DNA of 64,000 bases from an uncultured Gemmatimonadaceae bacterium (lineage in GTDB: Bacteria > Gemmatimonadota > Gemmatimonadetes > Gemmatimonadales > Gemmatimonadaceae): positions 224,001-288,000 of the forward strand of contig CAVUDW010000002.1 in the NCBI GenBank assembly GCA_963740355.1. The letters are read 5' to 3'. The notes beneath the pieces are model-generated. The model did no database searches. It had not been told where the DNA came from and saw nothing but the letters and a program-made list of their open reading frames with translations. Shown here piece by piece: positions 50,501 through 61,500 of the stretch. Both the position numbers and the translations under genes were made by a program. Positions within the stretch are counted from its first letter, which is position 1, and each line of letters begins with the position of its first letter.

Positions 50501-53500
50501 AGGCTGCGGACGGTGCGGTGGTGACGGTGTCGAACTTCGTCGTCAACGAGCCGCTGCTGTTGCCGGATGGCAGCGCGGAGCGATTCGCCTGGCAGACGGT
50601 CGTGATCCCGGATGGCGCAGGGGTGCGGGTTGAGCTTCGCGCTCCGCGTGCCGGTGAACGTGGCGCGGGCGACACGCTGCGCTGTGTGGCATCGGCGGAC
50701 GCCATGGTGTGCCGCGATGAGCAGGTGGCGACGCCCGAAGTCGCGATTGCGGCGCACTGGCAGCACGATGCCGAGTCGCTGTATGCGCGGTTCACAGCAC
50801 TGGGCATGCAGTTCGGGGAGAGCTTCCACGCCATCGATCTCTGGCGGCTGGACGCCACCTCGGGCGAAGCGTGGTTGGTGCGCCGTGCTCCGAGCGGAAG
50901 TGGTGCTTCGGTGGCGGGCGTGCACCCGGCCGTGCTGGATGGAGCGTTGCAACTCTGCGTCACCGCGATGACCAGCGCAGACGAGTCGCTGCCCGGGGCG
51001 CTGCTGCTGCCGATGGGTGTGGACTCGTACACTGTGCTGAAGCCGGCGCCGCAGCGTGTGCGTGCCGTGATGCAGGTGACGCGCGAGACCGGTTCGGCCG
51101 CGATGATGGCGAACGTGGTGCTGTACGATGAAGCCGGCGCGCGGGTTGCCGTGATCAACGGTGCGCGATTCGCGCAGGTGGAAGCCGATGCACTGGCGAG
51201 CCTCACCAGTATCGACGACGACCTGTACGACATCGAGTGGCGTCGTATCGGGTCGAGTGTGGCGGTGGGCGCGGCTGCAGCGGCGGGGCGATGGATCGTG
51301 TTGACCAACGACAGCGACGTTGGTCAGGCGATGATTCACGGCCTCGAGGCTGCGGGGGGCGTGTGTGAAGTCGTTCGCGCGCAGTCGGTTGCTGGCGCGG
51401 CTGGCTGGGCCGTCGATCCCGAGACACCGACGTCAGTGCGAGACTGTTTCCGTGCGATCGTCGGCGCGTCGCCGCTTCCCGTGCGCGGCATCGTGCATGC
51501 CTGGAGCGCCGATGCCGGTGCGGTAGCCAGTGCGGCAACGACGGCGAACCTGCTCGACCCTGACTGGCTGGTGACCGGTTCGGCGCTTTCGACACTTCAG
51601 GCGCTGGCGCAGGAGCCGATGGCTGGCGCGCCGCTCTTTCTGCTCACGCAGGGCGCCCAGCCGGTGAAGGGTGCGGTCGCGGCACCGCAGCACGCGGGCC
51701 TCTGGGGATTGGCGCGCGTGGCGACACTCGAAATGGCGGATGTCGATTGTCGCGTGATCGACATGGAGCCCGGTCCGGCGTCGGCGTCCGCGCCTGCCGT
51801 CATCGGCGAGTTGGTGCGGACCGATGCGGTGCAGCCACGCGTGGCACTGCGAGGGGGCGATCGATTCACGCCGTTCATCGCCCGTTATCGCGCACGCGCA
51901 GCGAGTGCCGTGCCACGCGATGCGCGGCTCGTACTGTCCGACGCGGGGACGCTGGAATCGTTGCGCTGGGAGTCGGCCAGCTTCCGCGCACCCGAGGCAG
52001 ATGAAGTGCGCGTGCAGGTGCTGGCGACCGGCGTGAATTTCCGCGATGTGCTGCTGGCGCTTGGCATGTATCCCGGCAGCGATGGTGTGCTGGGTGCAGA
52101 ATGTGTCGGGGTCGTCGACGCCGTCGGCCGCGACGTCACGACGCTGCAACGCGGTGACCGCGTGTTCGGCTTCGCACCAGGCAGCATGGCGACCAGCGTG
52201 ATCGTGCCAGCCGCCTTCCTCGCTGCAGTACCGGACGACGTCAGTGACACACAGGCGGCTGCACTGCCGGTGGCGTTCCTCACGGCCATGCTGGGCCTGT
52301 ACGCGACGGCGCAAATCACCCGTGGCACGAAGGTGCTGGTTCATGCGGCCGCGGGCGGCGTCGGGCTGGCTGCCGTGCAACTGGTGCAACGGGTTGGCGG
52401 CGAGGTGTTCGCCACGGCGGGATCGCCGGCCAAGCGCGCGTACCTGAAGTCGATCGGCGTTCAGCACGTCTTCGATTCGCGCTCGGTGTCGTTTGCGGAT
52501 GACGTGCTGGCGGCGACCGATGGCCGCGGCGTCGATGTCGTGTTGAACTCGCTCGCAGGTGAATTCATCACGGCCAGCGTGCGCACGATCGCGACTGGTG
52601 GATGGATGCTCGAGCTGGGTAAGCGCGATATCTGGACACCGGCGCAAGTGGCCAGCGCCCGTCCCGACGTGCGGTACCGCGCCTACGACCTTGGCGGTGA
52701 AGCGCTGGCCGATCGCGGACTGCTGCCCCCAATGCTGGCGGAATTGCGCGCGTGGCTTGCCGATGGGTCCCTGCGGCCATTGCCGACGCGCGCCTTCGAA
52801 TTCGGCGCCGTGTCGGAAGCGATGCGCTTCATGGCGCAGGCGCGCCACATCGGCAAGCTGGTGTTGCGTGCGCCGGTGCGCACACAAATGGCTGATGCGT
52901 CGCTGGTTCGTGGCAACGCGACCTATCTGATCACTGGCGGCACCGGCGCGGTGGGTGTGCGCACGGCGCGGTGGCTGGTGTCGGCCGGCGCACGATCGAT
53001 CGTGCTCACCGGGCGCCGCGCGCCGGGTGCGGAATCGCAGGCCATCATCGACGGCTGTCGCGCAGCCGGCGCGGACGTGTTCGTGCGTGCGGTGGATGTC
53101 AGCGACGAACGTGCGATGGCGGCGGTGCTTGGTGAGATCGACGCCGAGATGCCGCCGTTGCGTGGCGTGGTGCACGCCGCAGGTGTCGTGGATGACGGCG
53201 TGCTGGTGAATCTCACGTGGGCGCGCTGGCGCGCTGTGCTGCAGGGCAAGGCGTGCGGCGCGCGCATTCTCAATGCGCTGACACAGCATCGGTCGCTGGA
53301 TTTCTTCGTCATGTATGCCGCGGCAGGGCTGCACCTTGGCCCGCTTGGGCAGGGGCCGTATGCGGCAGCCAATGCAGAGCTGGAAGCGCTCGCGTCGTCG
53401 CGTCGTGAGCACGGGTTGCCGGCGCTCAGTATCGCGTGGGGCATGTGGCCCGATGCCGGCATGGCCGCTGATGTCGCCGCGCGGGGCGGCGACGGCTGGA

Positions 53501-54132
53501 GTGGGCGCGGATTGCACTGGATCGATCCCGAGCGCGCCTTCGCGCAGATGGCGCGGCTGCTCGCAGAGCACGCCACGCAGGTGATTGCGATGCCCATCAA
53601 CTGGGCACAGTTCCTCGAAAGACTGCCCGCAGGCGAGGATCGCAGCTTCTTCCGCGCGGTCGAGCCGATGGTGCGTCGAGTGCCGACGGCACCGCTGGCA
53701 GCCACCGGCCGCGCGGTGTCGGTGGTGGAGAGCTGGCGCGCAGCACCGGCGTCAGCCTGGCGCGACCTCGCCATTGCGCACGTCCTCGAGCGAACGCGCC
53801 AGGTGCTGGGGGTAGACGACCTGTTCGTGATCCCGGAAGGGGTGGCGCTGAAGGATGTGGGACTCGATTCGCTGATGGCGGTCGAGTTGCGCAACGTGCT
53901 GACGCGGTCGCTGGGCAAGTCGCTGCCGGCGACCCTCCTCTTCGACTACCCGTCGCTCGATGCACTGAGTGGCTACCTGCTGCGCACCTTCGAGCTGTTA
54001 CCACCGGTGGTGCCCGCCGTCGTGAGCGTGCCAACCAACGCCACCTCCGAGATCGAAACACTCACCGACGAGGAAGCAGAAGCGTTGCTGCTGGCCGAAC
54101 TGAACTCCCTGGACTCCCAAGGCCGCCGATGA
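47559..54132 (+). CDS. PKS3: KS-AT-DH-ER-KR-ACP, one +1 frameshift at ~49899
   Basis: DTACSS, GHSIG/YAFH in the first [32 protein letters not shown] and ACP GLDSL in the second. Deleting one base restores [11 protein letters not shown]. Confidence 0.9.
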
Positions 54133-57100
54133 GCAGCGACACCACGACACCCGCCGACCTGTCACCCGTCAAACGCGCGCTGCTCGAAATTCGCGACCTC
54201 CGTTCGCGCCTCGCCGCGCTGGAAGCGGAGCGACACGAGCCGATAGCGATCGTTGGCATGAGCATTCGCGCCCCCGGTGGTGTCACGGATGTGGCGAGCT
54301 ACAGCCGATTGCTCTGGTCGGGCACCGACGCGATCACCGATATCCCGGCATCGCGGTGGTCGATGGAGGAGTGGTATGCCGAACCGCAGGACGCGGCCGG
54401 CAAGATGTACACCCGGTTCGGTGGTTTCATCAGTGATGTCGACCAGTTTGATGCCGAGTTCTTTGGTATCGCGCCGGTCGAGGCCGCGAGCATGGACCCG
54501 CAGCAGCGGCTGGTGCTGGAGTTGGCGTGGCACGCCCTGGAGGACTCTGGGCACGCGCCCGCTTCGCTGGCTGGCACGGCCGCTGGCGTCTATCTCGGCA
54601 TCTCCAACAGCGACTACGGTCGTGCGTTGTTTGCGCACCCCGAGTTGATCGATCCGTACTTCAGCCCCGGTACGGCGTCGAGCGTGGCTGCGGGCCGTGT
54701 GTCATATGTGCTCGGCCTGCACGGGCCGGCCATCAGCGTGGACACCGCCTGTTCGTCATCGCTGGTGTCGCTGCACCTTGCCGTGCAGGGATTGCGGCAG
54801 GGCGAATGCGACCTGGCGTTGGCCGGCGGTGTGAACCTGATCCTGACGCCCGAATTGAACGTCAACTTCTCGAAGGCCGGGATGATGTCGCGCGATGGTC
54901 GTTGCCGGACGTTCGATGCGGATGGCGCGGGATATGTGCGAGGTGAAGGCGGCGGCATGGTGGTGTTGCGTCGGCTGCGTGATGCCGTCGCCGACGGTGA
55001 CCGTATCCTGGCGGTGGTGCGTGGCAGCGCCGTCAACCAGGATGGTCGCAGCAATGGACTCACCGCGCCGAACGGGCCCTCGCAGGAAGCGGTCGTGCGC
55101 GCCGCGCTGGCGAACGCCGGAATCGCACCGAAGCTCGTGAGTTACGTCGAGGCGCATGGGACGGGCACGTCGCTCGGTGATCCGATCGAGGTCAACGCGC
55201 TGAGCGCAGTGTTGTGCGAGGGCCGCGATGCCGATTCGCCGCTGATGCTCGGTTCGGTGAAGACCAACATCGGTCATCTCGAGGCGGCGGCCGGTATTGC
55301 CGGCGTGATCAAGGCGGTCATCGCGCTGCAGCAGCAGGAGATTCCGCCGCACCTGCATTTCGCGACGCCCAATCCGTACATCGATTGGACGGCCATGCCG
55401 ATGCAGGTGCCGACGACCGTGACGCCCTGGGCACCCATCGAGGGTCGACGGGTGGCTGGTGTGAGTTCATTCGGCTTCAGCGGCACGAATGCGCACGTCA
55501 TTCTCGAGCAAGCGCCTGAGCCGGCATCGAGTGATGCAACGCCGGTTGGTGCGGCCGAATACGTGCTGGCGTTGTCCGCGCGAGACACAACTGCGCTACG
55601 CACGCTGGTGGAGCAGTTCAGTGACCGACTGCGCGCCGTCGATGCAGCGGACACCGCGACGCTGGCGAACATCTGCTTCACCGCCAGTGTGGGCCGATCC
55701 CATCTCGCCCATCGACTCGCCGTTTCTGGCGCGACCGCTGAGGCGTTGGTGGTGGGACTGGACGCCTGGTTGCACGGGACATCGCATCCACGCGTCGTCA
55801 CCGGTGTGGCTGGCGCGGAGGCGCCGCGCGTTGCGTTCCTGTTTCCTGGGCAGGGGCCGCAGTACGTGGGCATGGGGCGTCAGCTGTATGACACCATTCC
55901 CGAGTACCGCCGAGCGTTCGATGCCTGCGCCGACGCACTCGATCCGCTGCTGCCGCTGCCGATTCGCCCAATCGTCTTCCCTGACGACGGCGATGCTACG
56001 CTCCTCAACCAGACGGCGTACGCCCAGCCCGCGATGTTCGCGATCGAATACGCGCTGGCGTCGTTGTGGAAGTCATGGGGCGTGCAGCCGACGGCCGTGA
56101 TGGGTCACAGCTTCGGTGAATACGCGGCGGCCTGCGTGGCCGGTGTGGTGTCGCTGCCGGATGCGGCGAAGATGGTGGTGACGCGCGGCCGGCTGGTGGC
56201 GGCATTGCCCGGCGACGGCTTGATGACGGTTGTCGAAGCCTCCGAATCGGAACTGCTGGATGCGATTCGTGCCCAGGGTGGGGTGGTGGCGATCGCGGCC
56301 ATCAACGGTGCGTCGAACTGCGTGATCAGCGGTGACCGGAAGGATGTGACCGCGATTGCCGAAGGATTCGGTGCGATGGGTCGCCGCACCAAGGCGCTGC
56401 GCGTCTCGCACGCATTCCACTCGCCAATGATGGATCCGGTGCTGGATGAGTTCGAGCGGGAGCTTTCGTCGGTGACCTATACCGCGCCTACCACCAGCCT
56501 GATCTCGAACCTGACCGGAAACGTGGCCGATCTGTCGACGATCGGACATACGCACTACTGGCGCGAACACCTGCGGAATTCGGTGCGATTCTCGCAATCG
56601 GTGCAAGTCCTGGCTGCGCAGCGGATTACGCACTACATCGAAATGAGTCCGCATCCAGTGCTGCTTGGCATGGCGGCAGAGTGCGTGACGGGCGGCGTCT
56701 GGCTGCCGTCGTTGCGTGAGGATCAGGGCGCGTGGTCGGAGATGCTGCTCGCGCTGCAGCGCCTCTACGTCGATGGTGCGGCGATCGAGTGGGCTGCCGT
56801 CGTGGGAACTGGTGCGCATTATCGCGTCCAGCTGCCGACGTATCCGTTCCAGCGAAAGCGGCACTGGATCGACGCCGTTGGTACCCCCGCAGTGAGCAGT
56901 GCGGCGAATGCCCCGATCGCCGACTTCTGGTCAGTGGCCGTACCTTCGCTCAACGCACAGGCGCTGCGCGGACCGCTCGACCTGGATGCGGAATCGTATC
57001 CCGCGAAGTGGGAGTGCCTCGCTCGGCTGACGAATGCGCTGGTCATGCAGGCGCTGCGCGACCTCGGTGTGTTCACGCGCAAGGGCGAGTCCCACACGCT

Positions 57101-58547
57101 CGATACGATCCTCGACGTCGCCGGCATCCTGCCGACGCATCGCCATCTCGTGTCGCGCTGGCTGCAACACCTGGTGGCGGACGGCTCTCTACGGCAGGAT
57201 GGCGACGTCTTTCTCGTGCGCGAATTGCGTCCACGCGCACCGCTGGCGGAACTGTGGGCGGAAGCGGAACAGCGCTTCCAGAACAACCGTGAAATGCTGG
57301 CGTACGTGAAGAACTGCGCTGCGCGACTGACGGCGATCGTGACCGGCAAGGAGAGTTCGCTCGAGTCGCTGTTCCCGAACGGCTCGTTCGACCTCGCGAC
57401 CGCGCTCTACGAGCAGTCGGCCACCATGCGGTACATCAACGGACTGGCCGCCGCAGGGATCGAAGCGGTGGGTCGAACGATGCCGGTAGGGCGCACACTC
57501 CGCGTGCTGGAGATTGGCGCCGGTACTGGTGGCACATCCTCGTCGCTGATCCCGGTGCTGGCAGCTGATCGGACCGATTACCTCTTCACCGATGTCAGTG
57601 ACGCGTTCCTCGAGCGCGCGCGGGGGCGATTCGCCAACTATCCGCAGGTGCGCTTCGGCCTCTTCGATCTCGAGATCGATCCGGCGCAGCAAGGTTACAC
57701 TGCTGGACAGTTCGACGTGATCGTGTCGGCCAACTGCGTGCATGCGTCGCGCGACCTGCGTGCCGTGCTGGCGCGACTGCGCGCGCTGCTGGCACCAGGT
57801 GGGCTGCTGATGCTGGTCGAATCGACCGTGCACTTCGACTTCTTCGACATCACCACCGGATTGATCGAAGGCTGGCAGGCATTCGCCGACGATCTCCGGA
57901 CCGACAATCCGCTGCTCCCGCCCGAAACCTGGACGGAGGCGATGCGCGTCGCTGGCTTCGAGTTCGCCGAAGCGTGGCCGGAGCGGAGTTCAGTGGCGGA
58001 TGCACTTGGCCAACACGTCATCGTCGCACGGGCGCCGGGGGCCGTCTCGGCAGTGGCGACCGCTGCTACAGCACCGCGGACCGAACGTGCGGTGGCGGAC
58101 GTTCCGGCGGCACCAGTCGTGAACGATTTCCGGCTCCGCCTCGTGGAGGCCCTGCCCGCCGAGCGCCACGCAATGATGTGCGACGGGGTGCGCGGTGAAG
58201 TGATGCGTATCCTGCGCCTGGACGCATCATCGCCACCCTCTCGGCAGGATCGCCTGATGGAATTGGGCATGGATTCACTGATGGCGGTGCAACTGCGCAA
58301 CGCCCTCTCGACCATGCTCGAACTCGATCGAGCGTTGCCCTCGACCCTCATCTTCGACTACCCGACCATCGATGCAATCGCGGGCTTCCTGATGGAACGG
58401 AGTGGCCTGCTTGCCGCCGCGACACCGTCGCCGGTCGTTGCGACGCCGCGAGTCGATGAGACGGCAACCATCGCGGCCAGTACGATCGCCGGCATGAGTG
58501 ACGATGAAATCGCGGCCGCCCTGCTGGCGCGCGAGGATGGCGCGTGA
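54129..58547 (+). CDS. PKS4: KS-AT(malonyl)-C-methyltransferase-ACP, no KR
   Basis: DTACSS, GHSFG/HAFH, MT LEIGAGTGG and NCVHA, ACP GMDSL. Confidence 0.92.
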   Translation: MSSDTTTPADLSPVKRALLEIRDLRSRLAALEAERHEPIAIVGMSIRAPGGVTDVASYSRLLWSGTDAITDIPASRWSMEEWYAEPQDAAGKMYTRFGGFISDVDQFDAEFFGIAPVEAASMDPQQRLVLELAWHALEDSGHAPASLAGTAAGVYLGISNSDYGRALFAHPELIDPYFSPGTASSVAAGRVSYVLGLHGPAISVDTACSSSLVSLHLAVQGLRQGECDLALAGGVNLILTPELNVNFSKAGMMSRDGRCRTFDADGAGYVRGEGGGMVVLRRLRDAVADGDRILAVVRGSAVNQDGRSNGLTAPNGPSQEAVVRAALANAGIAPKLVSYVEAHGTGTSLGDPIEVNALSAVLCEGRDADSPLMLGSVKTNIGHLEAAAGIAGVIKAVIALQQQEIPPHLHFATPNPYIDWTAMPMQVPTTVTPWAPIEGRRVAGVSSFGFSGTNAHVILEQAPEPASSDATPVGAAEYVLALSARDTTALRTLVEQFSDRLRAVDAADTATLANICFTASVGRSHLAHRLAVSGATAEALVVGLDAWLHGTSHPRVVTGVAGAEAPRVAFLFPGQGPQYVGMGRQLYDTIPEYRRAFDACADALDPLLPLPIRPIVFPDDGDATLLNQTAYAQPAMFAIEYALASLWKSWGVQPTAVMGHSFGEYAAACVAGVVSLPDAAKMVVTRGRLVAALPGDGLMTVVEASESELLDAIRAQGGVVAIAAINGASNCVISGDRKDVTAIAEGFGAMGRRTKALRVSHAFHSPMMDPVLDEFERELSSVTYTAPTTSLISNLTGNVADLSTIGHTHYWREHLRNSVRFSQSVQVLAAQRITHYIEMSPHPVLLGMAAECVTGGVWLPSLREDQGAWSEMLLALQRLYVDGAAIEWAAVVGTGAHYRVQLPTYPFQRKRHWIDAVGTPAVSSAANAPIADFWSVAVPSLNAQALRGPLDLDAESYPAKWECLARLTNALVMQALRDLGVFTRKGESHTLDTILDVAGILPTHRHLVSRWLQHLVADGSLRQDGDVFLVRELRPRAPLAELWAEAEQRFQNNREMLAYVKNCAARLTAIVTGKESSLESLFPNGSFDLATALYEQSATMRYINGLAAAGIEAVGRTMPVGRTLRVLEIGAGTGGTSSSLIPVLAADRTDYLFTDVSDAFLERARGRFANYPQVRFGLFDLEIDPAQQGYTAGQFDVIVSANCVHASRDLRAVLARLRALLAPGGLLMLVESTVHFDFFDITTGLIEGWQAFADDLRTDNPLLPPETWTEAMRVAGFEFAEAWPERSSVADALGQHVIVARAPGAVSAVATAATAPRTERAVADVPAAPVVNDFRLRLVEALPAERHAMMCDGVRGEVMRILRLDASSPPSRQDRLMELGMDSLMAVQLRNALSTMLELDRALPSTLIFDYPTIDAIAGFLMERSGLLAAATPSPVVATPRVDETATIAASTIAGMSDDEIAAALLAREDGA

Positions 58548-61500
58548 GCGAACAGGCGTCCGGCACACCGGCACTCTCCCCACTCCAGCGCGCCTTCATC
58601 GCGCTGGAGGAAACGCGCGCACGCCTGAAAGTGGCGGAAGCGGCTGCGCGCGAACCGATTGCAGTCATCGGGCTCGGTTGCCGTGTGCCAGGCCAGGCGA
58701 ACGACGCCTCGAGTTTCTGGAAGTTGCTCAGCGAGGGTGTCGACGCGATCGGCCCGGTGCCGGCGGATCGATGGGACGTTGATGCGTATTACAACCCCGA
58801 TGCAGAGAACCCCGGCACCATCGCGACCCGCCACGGTGGCTTCCTTGGCGCCGTGGACGGGTTCGACCCGACGTTCTTCGGGATCGCACGTCGTGAAGCG
58901 CAGGGGATGGACCCGCAGCAGCGCCTGTTGCTCGAGGTGGCGTGGGAAGCGCTGGAGCATGCCGGCCAGGCGCCAGATGGCCTGACGCGCTCATCCACCG
59001 GCGTGTATGTCGGGTGCGCTGGCAACGATTACGCGTTCATGCAGCTCGAGACCCGCGACCGTGAGCTGCTGGATTCGCACTTCGCGTCGGGTATGGGACA
59101 CAGCGTGCTTTCGGGCCGCATCTCCTACCTGCTTGGATTGCAGGGCCCGAGCCTGACGGTGGACACCGCCTGTTCATCGTCGCTGGTGGCGGTGCATCAG
59201 GCCTCGCAGGCACTGCGCGCCGGGGAGTGCCGGATGGCGCTGGCTGGCGGTGTGAACCTGATCCTGTCGCCCGACATCTACATCGCGCTGTCACGCTCGC
59301 GGATGCTCTCGCCCGATGGTCGCTGTCGCACCTTCGACGCCGCAGCGGACGGGTTCGCGCGGGGCGAAGGCTGCGGCGTGGTGGTGCTGAAGCGATTGAG
59401 CGACGCCGTGGCTGATGGTGATCGTGTACTGGCCGTCATTCGCGGCAGCGCCGTGAATCAGGATGGTGCGAGCAGTGGCCTCACGGCGCCGAACGGCCCG
59501 CAGCAGGAAGCGGTGATCCGCGAAGCATTGACGCGCGCCGGCATTGCGCCGCGACTGGTGAGCTACATCGAGGCGCACGGCACCGGTACGCAGCTCGGCG
59601 ATCCGCTCGAGATGCAGGCTCTGGGCGAGGTGTTCGGTGCGGATCGCGATGGCGTGCCCGCATTGTACGTCGGCTCGGTGAAGACGAACGTCGGTCACCT
59701 CGAAGCTGCCGCCGGTGTCACGGGGCTGATCAAGCTCGTGTTGTCGCTGCAGCACAAGGAGATTCCCGCCCACCTGCACTTCACCACGCCCAGCCCCCAC
59801 ATCCCGTGGGACGAGATTCCTGTGCAGGTCCCGACCAAACGTATCGCCTGGCCGGCGATCGACGGTCGGCGGATTGCCGGTGTCAGCTCGTTTGGTTTCA
59901 GTGGAACGAACGCGCACATCGTGGTCGAGGAAGCGCCGGCGACGGCGCCTGAACCGCTTGGCAGTGCGCTGCGACGGCTCGTGTTTGCGATGTCAGCCGA
60001 GAGCGAAGCGGCCTTGAAGGCGCTGGCAGCAGTGTATGCGTCGAGCTTCGTGGAAACGGCGGAAGGTGACTTTGCGAATGTGTGCTACACGGCGGCGGTG
60101 TCGCGGGCGAAGCATCCGTATCGCGCCGTTGTGCTGGCGTCCTGTGTGCAGGAGTTGCGTGAGTCACTGCTGAACCTTGTGGACGGTGTCGAGGATGATC
60201 GGGTGCGAACGGCGCGTGTCACGGGTCGCGATCCGGCACGCCTGGCCTTCCTGTTCACCGGACAGGGCGCACAGTACGCGGGCATGACGCAGCAGCTGAT
60301 CGAACACGAGCCGGTGTTTCGTGATGCGATCGATCGATGCGCCGCGATCCTCGCTCCGGTGCTCGACAAGCCGCTGCGGTCGCTGCTCGATGCCGCATCG
60401 CCTGACGCACGCTTCTCGACGAGACCCAGTACACGCAGCCGGCACTGTTCGCGGTGGAATACGCGATGGCGTGCCTGTGGCAGTCGTGGGGTATCTCACC
60501 GGACGCGGTCATCGGGCATTCCGTCGGCGAATACGTCGCGGCCTGTGTGGCAGGCGTGCTGTCGCTCGACGATGCGCTGCGACTGATCACCGAACGTGGC
60601 CGCCTGATGCAGGCGTTGCCTGCGGGCGGTGCAATGGCGGCGATCTTTGCACCGGAAGCCGAGGTGTCACCGCTGGTCGAATCGCGTCGCGACGCACTCG
60701 CGATCGCTGCGATCAATGGCGCGGCGCAGACGGTCGTATCTGGCACCACCGAGCCGCTGTTGACGAACTCGCGGCCCACTTCACAGCGCGCGGCATTCGC
60801 GTGCAGAAGCTGACGGTTTCGCATGCGTTCCACTCGCCGCTGATGGACCCGATGCTGGAAACGTTCCAGCGTGCGGCGTCGCAGGTCACCTACGCACGCG
60901 CCTCGACTGCGGCTGATCTCGAACGTGACTGGTGCGGTAGCCGATGCCGCTGTGGTCACCACGCCGACGTATTGGCGCGACCATGTGCGCGCCGCCGTGC
61001 GATTCGCCGACGGGATGCGCTCACTGGCCGCACTCAAGCCGGATGTCTGTCTCGAAGTCGGCCCACACCCGACGTTGCTGCCGTTCGCGAGGAAGCCTTC
61101 GTCGACGGTGCGTCACGCTTCGCGGCCAGCGTGCGCAAGACGCTGCCACCGTACGACCAGCTGGCAGAAGCGCTGGGGACGCTCTTCCTCGCTGGCGCGC
61201 CGATCGACTGGCGTGCCGTCTGGTCGTCGCATGCGGTGACGCTGGTCGACCTGCCGACGTACCCGTTCCAGCGCGAGCGCTGCTGGTTCGCTGCCAAGCG
61301 TGTCTCGGCGGCGAATGGGCAAGGACACGGGCCACCCGCTGCTCGGCACGCGATTGCGGTCCTCGCTGAAGGACGTCGTGCAGTTCGAGCGGGTACTCCA
61401 GTCGACTGATCTGCCCTACCTCCGCGATCATCGGGTGAGTGGACGGACGATTCTCCCGGGCGCCGCGTACGTCGAGATGGCATTGAGTGCCGCGCGTCTC

